Source of the DNA: Camelus dromedarius
Taxonomy: Eukaryota
DNA length: 64,000 bases
Assembly (NCBI RefSeq): GCF_036321535.1
Contig: NC_087437.1
Location: forward strand, 7,626,001 to 7,690,000
Direction of reading: 5' to 3'
Made by a program: the position numbers and the translations under genes. The notes below the pieces were generated by a model. That model was not told where the DNA came from, searched no databases, and saw nothing but the letters and a program-made list of their open reading frames with translations. Below are positions 1 to 14,625 of this stretch, piece by piece. Within the stretch, counting starts at the first letter, position 1, and each line of letters opens with the position of its first letter.

Positions 1-3000
1 ATTTTTAGAGCAGTTCAATGAAACCATCAAGTAGATTCTGTATTGTGTTGTAGGAAAGTATGATGAATGTCCTCCTCTCACCATTGCCAGCTCTGTGACT
101 CATTAGGAAAAAACTTCATCCCCATTGACAAAGAAAATGGAAGTTTACTCATGTGCTACATCACCAATACATTGAGCTTATTTGTATTTATTTGTACTCA
201 TCAGGTTATTTTCTGAAATAGATAAAAAGTAGAACATTAGCTGGAAAGTTACAAATAAGAACCACGCACACGATGGTTCAGCTAACAAGCCCTGTGAGAA
301 AGGCTGAAAAAGGAATTAGCCCAGCTATGGAAAAGGCTGATATTCAAGACACCTGCTGTGTGTGTAGGCAATCACTGATTTTATTCCTACACCATTTCAT
401 GGATAAGGGCACCGAGGCTTAGAGGTAAAGTAACGGCTGCGAGTCATTCAGCTAGTAAGTGACAAAGCCAAACCAGATCTTTCAATTCCAAATTTGGTTA
501 CCTTTTTATAAAACAAATTCCAAGGAATTTACCATTTCACATTGTAAATCGGTCTAGAATTACTCATCCAGTGGAACTACTGATTCTTCTTCTAAGTGTG
601 GCTTATTGTTTGACACTGTTACTTCTGTTTGTTATTAGTTGTTCAAAAGCAGGAAAGAAGTAGAAGTAAGTAATATTGCCATCAATTCATCTCACACACA
701 TTAAAAAAATAGCCGAAGGTGTTGACCCTAGAGAATGTGTTTGAATAATTGGAGAGCTTTAAGGAATTGTATCTCCAGGTTTTTTTATAGACATTGGAGA
801 GAGAACTTTCTTGATTTCCATGTATATGACTACTTTTTACTTGTGATTGGTGGTTATCACAATGTTATAGTTGCAGAGGGTAAACATAGAAGTTTAGAGG
901 TTTAACAAAGTCTGAATGAGCAGTGGACCACTTCGCAGTGCCCAGAATCAGGTAGCATAGATGCCAGCCTTGATGGTGGGATTACCAGTCAGTGGGATTG
1001 CCATCTTGCTACATCATGGTTTTAGATGGTTGTGATAAAAGGTGTCAGAAAAATGCATAATATGTCATTGGTTACATGCTACTCAAGATTTACCTTCTTT
1101 TGCTTTAAAAAGAAGTTTTAGTTTTGAGAAAGATAACAGTCGGATAAAACCAATTATCATCTCAGAATCTTTATGTAATATAAACACGTATTCACTTGTG
1201 CCCAAGAATTAAGAGATTGTTTGCACTTAGAAACATGTTAAACTGTAGTGAAATTAAGGACAGTGTGATTATCTACTAGTGTGCACTTGTGTTTGTACCT
1301 TTTAAAAGTCTCGCCTCCTGTGAGCATGTAATTTGGCACAATGCTTTTGTTCTTTGTAAAGCAATTTTGCAATATGTGCTGGGAGTTTTAGAAATGTTCT
1401 TATTTTTTTTAAACCAAAACTTTTAATTTCCAGGAGTTTGCCTTAGAGCAAAGGTGAAAGATGTCCATCCCTATGTTAGTTAAGGAGTGGGAAATTTTAA
1501 ATAATCTGAATATAGAAACATAAGAAAAATGTTTAATAAACTATAATGTATTCAAAGCATAAACCACTTTATAATCAGTAACATGATGTTCAAAATATAT
1601 ATCTACCATCATGGGGAAAACATATATTAGCTACTAAAAATGAGTCATCCAAATTTTTAAAAAATTGATTCTCAGTATAAAATATGAATATGTCCTCTTA
1701 CGATAACACTGATCAAAATGTATTGCGTTTTCCTTTTTGTTTACGTATGTTCCCCATTAGATGACACGTAATTTGAGGGCAGGGACTGTGTTTTGTTCAG
1801 TACATTTCTCTTACTATACATAATGCTTGGCATGTTGTAGGCAATCTATAACTTCCTTTAATTGAATAAGAAAGGTGAGAGAAAATGATCTGGTTGTCTT
1901 CATATAACAGAATTATAATTTTTCTGCACTTTACATTTTATTTAGTACTTTGTTACTTGTGTGATCAGAACAGATCATTTTAAAAGTAATAGTAAATTTA
2001 TATATTGGAAAAGAGAAATGGCATCTTTTCTCCAGAACTGCTGGTAGCTTAGACATTATTGTTGAAATGGTTCTTTATAACTTGGCTCTAGTTTAAATAA
2101 CCCTCTCTTAATGCACCAGCCTACAAGAGTAGATCTGTTGCTTGGCTTCCTTTGAACCCCAAGGTATTCTTCTACAGAGTGAAAGTACCCAACAATGCAA
2201 TGCTGAATCATTATTAGCTCTGATTTGAGAGATTGAGCCCTGAGATAATGAGTGTTTGGGGTCTGATTCTGTGGATGCTACTCACTCTAGGCTTTGGTTT
2301 CATCAAATGATCTCATCTTCATTCGCAAACATTCCTTTTCTCCTAGAATCATCTTCTCCAGTGTCCTTGCCAGGTAAATACATTCCTGCCCGAGATATTA
2401 AATCAGTACATCAAATTAATTGCAATGAGTTGAGACCTGATACCGAAAGTGAATACACAATACCTACCTCTAGTCAGAGGTCACTGTGCTGGAATGCTTT
2501 TAGAATCTTCTAATTATACTTTCGAGATGTTTGCTGCTGTATCTCGGTTGGAATTTATTTTTAGCAAGAACACAGATGAGGAGAATTAGTGCTACAGAGT
2601 TTTTTATTTTGTTGTTGTTGTTGTTGTTTATTTTTTAAAGAAAAATACATGGTCAAATAGAAGCCTCTTGTATGATCAGCAAACAAAACATACCCCATAG
2701 ATTTATTAACTTCAATCAATAATAGATTGCAAATGTCCTAATGTAACTGGAATACATCATCTCTCTTTGGTTGCCAAGAAGCTACAGTTTTATTTCCCCA
2801 ACCATATTCTTCACTCAGAATCCAGAGCTGAAAATCTCTCAACAATTTCAACAGAGGGATTTTTGATGCAGAAAGATTTGAGCTACAGGAAAATCAAATG
2901 TCCCATCTAACAGAAGAGAGTTGCCATTTGCAAACACCATGAAGGTCCAGCTCACCATTGACCTCCCAGTTCATCTTACGCTTCAATTTCCAGGCTCCTA

Positions 3001-3932
3001 TAGAATTTAGAGATGATCTACAGTAACCTATAGGATGCTTCTGTGAAAATTAGAAAAAGGCACACCTGTTGGGCAGATCAATTGAAAGAGAGACTTTCTT
3101 GGGTGGGCTAAGTAGCACCTTGGGTCACCAGCCCCCTACAGCCCCTTTGGATGTTATCCTTTGTGAAAAACACACAGCTCGAATGGCACCCCTAGGTAAA
3201 GGATGAGTCTCCACCCACTAGTGTGAGGATTATGTGAAACATTGTGCTCTGAAAGGAATGCATCCAAATCTCAATTGTCATGGGTCATACATGTTTAAGA
3301 ACCTACAGGTATCTTAGAAATAATTCTTGAATATTTCAGAAAATACCAGTCTTGCTCATGCCAAACCCAGAAAGCACGAGTAACAGCCTATTTTGATGAA
3401 CTGCCAACACTTCACCTACAAAATGGCAATTTTCCATTCAACCTAAATAGTTCATCCTGTCAGCTGCACCTGGCCATTTTTTGATGTTCTGACTACAAAT
3501 GCTATTTATCTCTCATCCTTACACCTCATGCCTTGATCTTCTTTCTCCATATATAAACCAAGCTGGTATCTTAAGTGACCGCCATCTCTGCTAGCCCTGT
3601 TAACTCTTGATACTATTGAAAAAAATTTTGATTTCATATTATCATTACTGTCAGCACACTGAGTGGGTGCCAATTTGAAGATGCTATAGTAAGCAAAGGA
3701 CTTTTTGTAAGTGGACAGTTTGTAGTAGAAGAGTCACCAGCAGCATTTGCTAATTATGCCTAGAAAAATTAAAATTATTAGATTAATTGCTGGATAAATA
3801 TTTTGCAAAATACATAGACTTTTTTTTGTAGGTTATAATGCTCAGTTTTGATTTAGCTGTCGGTATGGAATAAATGAATTCTTGCCTCCTAATAAGAAAG
3901 TTTATTCTATTTATTATTAAAAATGTTAGATA

Positions 3933-6900
3933 ATGGGGGGGGGGATTCAAGATGGCAGGATAGGAAGACCCTGAGCTCATCTCTAACCAAGGATAAAACA
4001 AAACTACAACTACATGTGGAATAACTCCCTTGGAAAGGGACCTGAAAACTGAGTCTCCAAAACAAAAAGCAAGAGGACGGCACTGAGACAGGCAGGAGAG
4101 GCAGAGATAAGGTCTCGTCAAGGAAATAGCCACACCCCAGCAGTGTTGACTCACACTGAGAAGGATTAAAAGGTATGGATCTATTCCCTGAGGAGTAAGG
4201 AATTCAAGGTCCACATCAGGCACCCCAACTTCTAGATCTTGCACAGGAAAGATGAGCCCCCCAGTCTCCTGACATTGAAAACCAATAAGAATACATCCAG
4301 GAAAGCTATAACGCTGCAGGGAATGGAAAGCCTAGTCTTAAAGGGCTTGGGCACAGACATACTTGATCCAAAAACCATCACAGAAACAGTAGACTGAAAA
4401 GCACAAAGATGTAACTGAAGGGAAACCACTTAGTAATTTTGAAGCATCTGCTGGAGAGGCTGGAACTAGATGGGAAGCTCCCTGGGGACTGGGAGACACT
4501 GGTGGAAGCCAGTTTTGCAGTCTCAGGCTGCCTTGCTAATGCTGGCACTGGTGGTCACTGGTCTAGAATTCTCCCTGTAATCTGTGAGCACCAGTGGATG
4601 TGCCCTGCTGAGAGCCCTTTCTACCCTTGTGCCTCTGCCAGGACTTACAGCTGGCAGAGCCATGTTTCCACCACAGCCATGGCTGGGCCCTAATCCTGCC
4701 CAGCATTATGTTGCCACAGCAGCCCTGACCCCACCACAACAGGAGGCCACGCACAGCACACATAGGGGACACCCCTGGAGTGCCTGGTTCTGGTGACCAG
4801 GTGGGATTGCACTTCTAAGTCCCACTATCTCCTAAAGAAGGCCAATTCTTCAAGCATGGGAGAGACAGCTGATTTACCTACTGTGCGGAAACAAACAAGG
4901 AGAATTAGACAAAATAAGGAGACAGAGAAAGATGTTTCAATTGAAGGAACAAGACAAAACCTCAGAAAAAGAACTAAATGAAACAGATTTAAAAATCTAC
5001 CTGATAAAGACTCAAAATAATGGTAATATAGATGCTCACTGAATCTGGGAGAAGAATGTATGAACAGTGAGAAGTTCATCAAAGAGAAAATATAAGAAAG
5101 TACCAAACAGAAGTTATAATTGTCCTAAAAAAAATACACTAGAGGGGTTCAAAAGCAGACTGGATGAGGTAGAAGAAAAAGTCAGTGAGCTGGAAGACAA
5201 AATATTGGCACTCACCCATACAGAGTAGAAAAATGAAAAAAAGAAATAACAGTAAAGATATCTTAAGTTACCTTTTGGAATACATCAAGCAGAATGACAT
5301 TCGCATTATAGGGGTCTCAGAAGGAGAAGAGAGAGAGAAAGGGCCAGAAAAATTATTTGAATAAATACTGGCTGAAAACTTCCTTAATCTGGGGAGAGAA
5401 ACAGACATCCAGGTCCAGGGTGCCCAGAGAGCCCCAAATAAGATGAACCTAAAGACACACACACCAAGACACATTATAATTAAAACAGTAAAAGTTAAAG
5501 ATAAGGAGAGAATCCTAAAAGCAGCAAGAAGAAAATAATTTGTCATGTGGAAAGAATACCTTATAAAACTATCTACAGATTTTTCAGCAGGAACTTTACA
5601 GAAGAGAGTGGCATGACATATTCAAAGTGCTGAAAGAAAAAAAAATCCAATCAAGATTTCTCTTCCCAACAAAGTTATCATTCAGAATTGAAGGAATGAT
5701 AGTTTTCCAGACAAGCAAAAGCTAAAGAAGGTCTTCACCACTAAAATGGCCTTACAGGAAATGTTAAAGGGACTTCTAAGGACACTAATTAGTAACCGCC
5801 CATAAATCATGAAAGTAAAAATCCCATTGGTAAAGATAAATGTATTGTAAAGGTAGTGATCAGTCACTCACAGAGCTGGTATGAAGTTTAAAGATGAAAG
5901 TGGTAAAAATAACTATAATAATTAAGGAATACACAAAAAGATGTACAATGTGACATCAAAACATAAAACATTGGGGGTTGTAGTAAAAATTTAGTTTTAT
6001 AATGTGCTCAAACTTAAAATATCAACTTAAAATAGACTGTCATGTATATAGGCTGCCATACGTGAACATCATGGTAACCACAAGGCAACAGCCTGTCGTA
6101 GATACACAGAAGATGATGAGAAAGGAACTTAGCCATCCACAACAGTGAAGAAAACCACTGACACACGAAGGGAAAGAAAATGAGAAGAAGAAAGGGATAG
6201 AGAGGAACTACAAAAACAGCCAGAAAACAATTAACACAATGGCATAGGATACTTACCTACCAATAATTACTTTAAATGTAAATGGGCTAAATTCACTAAT
6301 AGAAAGACATAGAGGGGCTGAGTAGATTAAAAAAAGAAAGACAAAAACAAGACCCACATATGTGTTGCCTAAAAGAGATTCACTTCAATAAAAGGACAAA
6401 AAAGTGAAGGGATGGGAACAGATATTTTATGCAAATAGAAATGGAAAAAAAAAAAAGCTAGAGTGGCTATACTCTTGGCAGACAAAATAAACTTTAAAAG
6501 ACAAAGAAGATCATTACGTAATGATAAAAGGACCAAGTCAGCAAAAAGATATAACAATTACACAGGTATATGCACCCAACTAAGGAAATATGTGGCAATT
6601 TAACATTAACAGACTTAAGGGAGAAGTTGAAAGCAATACAATAATAGTAGGGGATTTTAGCACCACACTTACATCAATAGATAGATTATCCGGACAGAAA
6701 TTCATTAAGGAAGCATTGTCTATAAATGATTTAGACCAGGTGAACCTAATAGATATATATAGAACATTCCATTCAAAAGCAGAATACACATTCTCAATTG
6801 CACATGGAACATTCTCTAAGATAGATCACATGTGAGGTCACAAAGCAAGTCTCAGTAAATTCAAGAATATTGAAGTTTTATCAAACATCTTCTCTGATGA

Positions 6901-7437
6901 CAATCAAATGAAATTAGAAATCAATCACAAGGAAAAATAAAACAGGAAAATGTAGAGATTAAACAACTGAACAACCAATGGGTCATCTAAGAAATTAAAA
7001 GAAATTTCAAAAAACACCTAGACAAATGACAACAGAAATATGGACATATCAAATACCTGTGGGATTTTGTAATTCATAGCAGTAAAAGAGGTTCTCAGAG
7101 AAAGTTCAGACCAACATAGGCTGACCTCAAAAACAAGAGAAATCCTAAGTAAATAACCTAATCTTACATAGGTATTATGCTACGTGAAATAAGTGAGATG
7201 GAAAAAGACAAATACTGTATGATTTCACTCATAGGTGGACTTCAAAACCTCAAAAGAAACAAGCAAAATAAAACTAAAACAAACTTACAGATACAGACGT
7301 CTGATGATAAGGGAGTTGGGAAAAGTGGGTGAACGGGGTCAACTGTGTGGTGATGGATGGTAACTCAACTTGTGATGGTGATCAGTTTGTAGTGCATGTA
7401 GATGTTGAATTATAGTGCTGTACACCTGAAACATATG
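3933..7437 (+). mobile_element. Old LINE-1 with intact 5' end (5'UTR, ORF1, endonuclease) joined directly to the ORF2 terminus and 3'UTR; internally deleted, inactive
   Basis: Starts GGGGGATTCAAGATGGCAGGATAGGAAGACCCTGAGCTC. ORF1-like sequence runs ~4900-5780, with EN peptide NTIIVGDFSTTLTSIDR...YTFSIAHGTFSKIDHM at 6590-6835. It jumps at ~7170 to GGTATTATGCTACGTGAAATAAG and an L1MA9-like 3'UTR. Confidence 0.9.
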
Positions 7438-8569
7438 TGTGAGATAACACTGAACTCAGAAACTCTGGCACTCATGGTTATGTGTTTTGCTGCTTTGTTT
7501 ATTGTAAGAAAGGAGGAGAGGGAGGGAAAGAAGGGAAGAAGGAAATTAAATATCCATCCTTAGAGAGATAGATCGATAAACGGTGATATATGCCTACTAT
7601 AGCGTAGTCAAAATGAAGCAATTAGATGTAGAGTTATCAGCATGGATAGACCTCAAAACAAAATTTACTGGGAGTGGGGGGACAAACTTCAAAGCAACCC
7701 ATCAAGCATGATACAATTTTTTGTAAATTTTAGAAATACATAAAACTTTCCTATATGCTGTTTAAATACACAAAAATATGATGGAAATGTGAAAACAAAG
7801 GGGAGTTGGATACACGCCCACTGCAGGATTGTGTGTGCCTTGAGGGAAGGATGAGAGGAAACAGCACTAAGAAAAGCATGTTAACGGCATCTCTAACATA
7901 AAATTAAAAATTAATATGGAAATATTTTAACATTTATTAATTCTGGAGGATATGTATCTACATGTTGGTCACATTACTCTTTAATTTTTATGTTTGAATA
8001 TTTAATAATGAAAACAATAGAACAATGATCATCTGTGTAAGTCTGTTGTAACAGAGCCCCTCTCTTTCCGGTATAACAAACATGAGAATCTTTTAATAGT
8101 ATAAGAGTGGCCCCATAGATTCTCTAGAGGGATTTTGACTTCCATCTCTCTCCAGTACCAGTAATAACCAGTGTGGAATGCCAAGGCCATTGGGGCTTCA
8201 TAGAAGTTGCTGATGTCTCTGAATTATTCGAGAAGTCTTCCTTTGTGTGGGGTTGGGTCTGTGAAACTTTTTGGTTAAAAACAAGAAAGGTGTGGGTAAA
8301 TCACAGACTGTCTGTTCTCTTCTTCTCTCACCCTTAACTTACTCCCCTCTCCAATCTGTTAATATATTTACGATGAATTACTCTAGTGCCCTTTGCGGGG
8401 GAGGGAGGTGGACAGGAAAGCACTGCTGTGTGTGCTGTGTGTTTGCACCTGTTGAAGGTGAGGTAAGAGGGCACTGGTTACAATCCGGTATGTAAGAAAG
8501 ACAGGGAAACGGAGACTGGAGGAAATGACCTGATTTGTGACTCTTAAACTGTTTTAGAAAAACGCTCGA

Positions 8570-9885
8570 GATTTCTTCTCTGCTGTCATACCTCTCTTCA
8601 CTCTGACGCCAACAATGTGTGGGTTTTCCGACTCATCAAGCAATTCTGAGACACAACCTGGGTGTCCTAATGTAACATCAGAGCCCACAGGTTAAGGGCT
8701 CAGTTCACAAGACTGCCCCCGCTTTCCCACTTCAGATGCCAATCCCAAGTCCTGGCCGTCACCTGTGCTTTTGACTCATTTGCCATCAATCAGAGGTTCC
8801 TACTACCTGCTCCTCGGGTTCAATTGATTTGCTAGAGCCAGTCACTGAACTCTAGAAAACATTTGACATGCTGGATTATCCGTTTATTATAAAAGATGTA
8901 ACTTAGGAACAGCAAGAGGGAAAAGATGCATAGGGCCAGGTATGGGGAAAGGGCGTAGAGCCCCCGGGCTCTCCGGGTGTGCACCTCCATGTGCTCACCA
9001 AGCCCGGATGGCTTTCAGCCCTGTCCTGTTGGGTTTTTATTGGAGGCCTCATTGTGTAGGAATGATTGATTAAATCACTGGCAATTGGTGACTCATTCAA
9101 TCTCCAGCTCTTCTCCCCAACCTGGAGGTGGGGTGGAGCTGAAAATCACAACCTTTTTTTTTTTAATTGCAATATAGTCAGTTTACAATGTTGTGTCAAT
9201 TTTTGGTGTACAGCGCAATACATCAGTCATACAGGAGCATAATATTCATTTTTCATATTTTTTCACTGTAAGTTATTACAAGATATTAAATATAGTTCTG
9301 TGTGCTATATTGTATAAACGTGTTTATCTTTTTTATGTGTATTAGTTAGTATCTGCAAATCTTAATTTATCCCTTCCCACCCTCTTCTCCCCAGGTAGTC
9401 ATACGTTTGTTTTCTATGTCTGTGAATCTGTTTCTGTTTTGTAAATAAGTTTGTCTTTTTTTTTTTTAGATTTCACATGTAAATGATATCATATAGTGTT
9501 TTTCCTTCTCTTTCTGGCTTACTTCACTTAGAATGACATTCTCCCAGTCCATCCATATTGCTGCAAATGGCGTTATTTTATTATTTTTATGGCTGAGTTG
9601 TAACCTTCTAATCAGATGGTTGATGCTACTGGTAACTGCCCCCATCCTTAGAGGCTTCCCCAAAGTAACCTCATGAACAAACTTGGTTGTGGTTGAAAGG
9701 AGCGTGTTATGAATGGCAAGGTTCTTTTCTCACCTTCATCACTCCGGAGCTATGTCACTTTGGAGCTGTTTGAGGATGAAAGACCAAATATTATAACAGA
9801 AGCTTATCCCATTGCTTAGGAAATTACAAGAGTTTTAGAAGCTCTGTTCCAGGAAGACCAAACACATTTATTAATATCACATATG
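8570..9885. mobile_element. ERV-type solo LTR (MER21-like), interrupted by a younger L1 3' fragment
   Basis: Motifs AGAGCCCACAGGTTAAGGGCTCAG, CACTTCAGATGCCAATC and GGAAATTACAAGAGTTTTAGAAGCTCTG resemble MER21. The LTR sequence resumes after 9607. Confidence 0.65.
9156..9601 (-). mobile_element. 5'-truncated lineage-specific L1 3' end
   Basis: Poly-T, 3'UTR and ORF2 end ([26 protein letters not shown]). Short TSD AACCTT at 9150-9155 and 9602-9607. Confidence 0.88.
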
Positions 9886-10218
9886 GAATTAGGTAAAACT
9901 ATTATACTCTAACCATTTTAGAGGCCCATTTCTTATAATCCAACAAAGGAAGACATGGTGTAACTTTGAGATGAGGCAGTGCATAAAATTGTTCACCCAA
10001 ATTGCAGCCTTATAATGGCATAGTCTCCATTAGTAGGTGTTCATATAGAGCATGACTAAGTGGAGATACCTAAGGCGAGGGGAAAAAAAGGTAGAGTGAG
10101 TTTTAAATATAGAAATTATTCACTTTTTTATAATACAGTCAATCGCAATATCCTGCGCTATGCATACATCATGCAAAAAAATTTTATTACAATTGATTTT
10201 AAAAATCAATTGGCTTTC

Positions 10219-10372
10219 GGGTGATGGAAGTGTTTTGGAACTAGGTAGAAGTGGTGTTTGCGCAACATGGTGAGTGTACTGAATGCCACTGAATTGTTCA
10301 GTTTAAAATGGTTAATTCCTAGATAAAATAAATAAAAATCTAAAATTTTTTAAAAATAAAAATTAAATTAAA
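10219..10372 (+). mobile_element. Short old L1 (L1MB-like) 3' end with TSD
   Basis: GTGAGTGTACTGAATGCCACTGAATTGTTC...TTAAAATGGTTAATT plus an A-rich tail. TSD AAAAATCAATTGGCTTTC (10201-10218) / AAAAATCTGTTGGCTTTC (10373-10390). Confidence 0.8.
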
Positions 10373-11264
10373 AAAAATCTGTTGGCTTTCAAATCCAGCT
10401 GAACTTGACTTTATTGTTCTCCTTTGACTAATTGTAATTCCTTTGGAAGTCACTTAACTTACTTATATTTCAGTATTTTTATCTGTATTATAGAATGATA
10501 GGAGGTTATAGGATATAAGTGTATCTTTCATGGTTAAGTTAAATAACACATGTTAATGAAGCAAAGAGCTGTAAAGGGTTTTATCATTTGTTTCTATAAT
10601 TATTTTTTATAAATCTCCTGGAAATCCCATTTGATGAGAGGTCATACGTCCAGTGGACATGGCACAATACCCGGGCTCATGACTTGATGAGCTGAATGCA
10701 GCCTGGATTTCAGTCCCACACAGCCCTCAATCAGGCAGACTCTTTCAGGACATAACCTGCTCAAGTTGCACGTGGCAACCCTGGTTCTTCTCTCCAAAAG
10801 CCCATGGTGGCTTGTAAAACCCTGCCCTTGACATCAGCACAAAAACCCCACTTGAGTATTAGAGAGTAACTTACCATTGTATACCAGTGCCTTCCTTGAT
10901 TTCAGTGATTTACATGAATCTGTGCAGAAGCAAATATCAGTCAATAATTAGCATCACAGAATGCGGGTGATGAGGACCCTGTACTTTCCAAACTGAGCTT
11001 GGTGGGAATGTAGACAGCAACACTGAGAAATCTGTGCAATTAGCCTAACAGCTCTGAGAGATCGAAGTGCTTGGGCCAGTGGGAACTCAAAACAGGACCA
11101 AGATGTTATGTAACTGCGGGGCCTGTGTGTGTGTGTGTATCTTCTGTTTCAAAACAATTTAAATCCAAGTAATATCTCTATTGTTTAGGAGAAAATGTGA
11201 TTAAAGAGTCCATTCTGAGACTTGGTCAAGGGCTATATACATACATATATAACAACTTATAATT

Positions 11265-11266
11265 TA

Positions 11267-11305
<39 letters not shown>

Positions 11306-11310
11306 ATATC
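11265..11310. repeat. (TA)n microsatellite
   Basis: Visible TATATATA run. Confidence 0.9.
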
Positions 11311-12594
11311 CTAAAATTTTATGATGAGAAATGTAGCACTTTGATTTGAATACTTTATTTCTATATTTAAAAGAAAAGATCTCCAGAATTCAGGGCTTGG
11401 TTGGAGGAAACCCTTTAAGAAAGCCTGGCAAGATTATTTCTTAGATTTTTGTTAATGGTCTTAGGCTAAGTTTCTAGGCTCGTTGGAGTCCCCTTCCTGT
11501 TGCATCCGTGTGTCAGTCATCCGTCTCAGCCTGAGTACTCTTGGTGATAGGAAGCTCACTGCACTTAGGGTAGCTGGTGATCTTTGGGGCAGCCCTAGCT
11601 ATTAGCTACAATTATATTCATACTGAGATGAAATCTCTTTTTTTTATAACGTGTATCCACGGACCTTGCTTCTGCTTCCTGGACAAACCAAGAACAAGAT
11701 TGCTCTCTCATCTCCTTGGCAATGCTGCAAATATGTGAAGTGGTACAATTGTGCTGTCTCTAGACGGAGAAGACAGTGACTGGAAACCATAAAACAAATT
11801 GAAAAAGGAGGGGAAAAAACCCCAGAGAAGTAGAGATTACTCCAAGTCTTTGTTTTTGCAGACATTTGCACCCCTTTCTGAGAATTACTTAATTGTGAAA
11901 AGTAGCAACTCTTTTGTGATTATATAAAGACATGCTGAGCAAATGCGTCTTGCTTTCCAATTATGGATGAATAACGCAAATGAGGAAGAGCTTTACAAGG
12001 GCAGAGGAACTGATTACCTAACCTCCTCGTCTCTAAAATTCTAGTTAATATAAAACAGAGCAAAAAACAGTGTTTAGGGTGATGCTACTTTATAGCATAC
12101 ATTTATATCATAAGAGACACATCTTAGGTCTTTCCTTCAATGGACTTTTGTTGGAAATTATGGAATTTGATACAGATATTTAAGGTCATTTGATATCAAT
12201 AAGTGTCTAAGCAGTAGATGGGAGCAGGGTATCTTAGTCTTTTTTTTTTTATTCCAGAAGATGTATTCCAAAATACTAACTTTAATTTTTATTATCACCA
12301 AAAACTTTTAAGGAGCAGATCTAGAAAGTTCCCCCCCCCCTCAAACGTATGTAATTATCAGAATGGAGGATTAGCTAATTAACTTTTGCTACAATGGGTA
12401 TTATGTCTCCATTCAAATTATAGTTATTAAAACAGAAATGATTGGGGAAATATTCATGATAATGTATGTTTCAGTTAGGAATCGTTTTAGCTTCAAATAT
12501 AAGAAAACCCAAATATCAGAGGTTTGAACAAATTGGACTTTATTTTTCCTACTTGATAAAAGATCTGGCAATATATTTTGTGCTGAACTAAGTT

Positions 12595-14625
12595 CTTCAG
12601 TCAAAAGACAGACAGTGGCTGAATGGATTAAAAAGATAAGACCCATCTACATGCTCCCTAAAAGAGACTCATTTCAGATGTAAGGACACACAGACTGAAA
12701 GTAAAGGAATGGAAAAGTTATTCCAGGCAAATGGAAACCAAAAGAAAGCTGGGGCAACTATACTTATATCAGACAAAATAGACTTTAAAAAAAGAGTATA
12801 ATGACAGACAAAGGTAGGCATTTCATTGTGATAAAGGGGTCAGTCCAACAAGAGAATATAACATTTGTAAATATTTATGCACCCAACATAAAAGCACCTA
12901 TGTATATAAAGCAAATATTAACAGACCTAAATGGAGAAATAGACAGCAATACAATAATACTAGAGGACTTTAATATCCCTCTTACATTGATGGATGGATC
13001 ATCCAGCTGAAAATCAATAAGGAGACATCCACCTTAAATAACATGTTAGATCAAATGGACCAACGTAAACACATAAACAGAACATTCCATCCAAAAAAAA
13101 AAAAAAATAGAATATACATTCTTCCCAAGTGCACGTGGAACATTTTCTAGGACAGATCACATGTTAGGCCACAAAGTCGATTTTAAAATATATTCAGGAT
13201 TGAAATCATGTCAAGCATCTTTTCTGACCACAATGGCATGAAACTAGTAATTAATTACATGAAGAAAACTGGAAAATTCACAAATACATGGATATTAAAG
13301 AATATGCTTATGAATAACCAATGGGTCAAAGAAGAAATCAAGACAAATTTAAAAACACCTTGAGACAAATGGAAATGGAAATATACCAATATTTGTGAGA
13401 TGCAACAAAGGCAGTTCTAAAAGGGAAGTTCATAACAATAAATGCCTATTTCATGAAACAAGAAAAATCTCAAATAACCTAACTTAACACCTCTAGGAAC
13501 TAAGAAAAAGAACAAATGAAGCCCAAAGTTAGTAGAAGGAAGGACATAACAATTACCAGAGCACAAATAAATGAAACTAAAAAGGAGATTCTTAAAACTA
13601 AGAACTGACTATTTGAAAAGACAGCCTAAATTGACATGTCTTTAACCAGACCTACCAAGAAAGAGAGAGAGAACTTAAATAAATAATATCAGAAATGAAA
13701 GAGATGTTACATGTGATACCACAGAAATACAAAGGAGCATGGGAGACTGCTATGAACACTCATACGGCAGCAAACTGGACAACCTGAGAGAAATGGATAA
13801 ATTCCTAGAAACATCCAGCCTACCAAGACTGAATCATTATGAAACAGAATGATGACTAGTAAGCAGATTGAATTGGTAATCAAAAACCTCTCCAAGAACA
13901 AAAGTCCAGGACCAGAACTCTTCACTGATGAAATCTACCAAACATTCAAAGAAGAGTTAATACCAGCCCTTCTCAAACTCTTCCAAAAAACAGAAGAGAA
14001 AGGAACTCTTCCAAATTCATTTCATAAGGCCAGTGTTCCCCTGATACCACAACCAGAGAAGGATGCCACAAGTAGAGAAAATCACAGGCCAATATCCTTG
14101 ATGAATTTACATGTAGAAGTTGTCAACAAAATATTAGCAAGTGTTCATCAACAGATGAATCAGTGTAGAAGATGTGGTATATATACACAGTGGAAGACTA
14201 CTCAGCCATAAAAAAGAATGAAATGTTATCATTTGTAACAACATGGATGGACTTGGAGGGGATTATGCTAAGTGAAATAAGTCAGACAGAGAAAGACAAA
14301 TATTGCATGATATCACTTGTATGTGGAATTTAAAAAATACAACAAACTAGTGAATACAACAAAAAAGAAGCAGACTCACAGAGATAGAGAACAAACTAGT
14401 GGTTACCAGTGGGAAGAGGGAAGGGGTAATATAGGGGTAGAGGACTCAGAGGGACAAACAGTTATGTGTAAAATAAGCTGCAAGGATATATTGTGCAACA
14501 AACAGAACGTAGTTAATATTTTATAATAACTACAAATGGAGTATAACCTTTAAAAATTGTAACTCACTATATTGTACACCTGTAACATGAAATATTGTAC
14601 ATCAACTACTAATTAAATTCTTTAA
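12595..14625 (+). mobile_element. L1 ORF2 fragment (EN to start of RT) fused to the 3' end; internally deleted; appears inserted in an old MaLR LTR
   Basis: Peptides ENITFVNIYAPNIKAP and KSPGPELFTDEIYQTFKEELIP...RPISLMN. Junction ATATTAGCAA|GTGTTCATCAACAGATG at 14140/14141, followed by a 3'UTR. MLT1-like sequence lies on both flanks (~12460-12590 and ~14680-14980). Confidence 0.9.
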
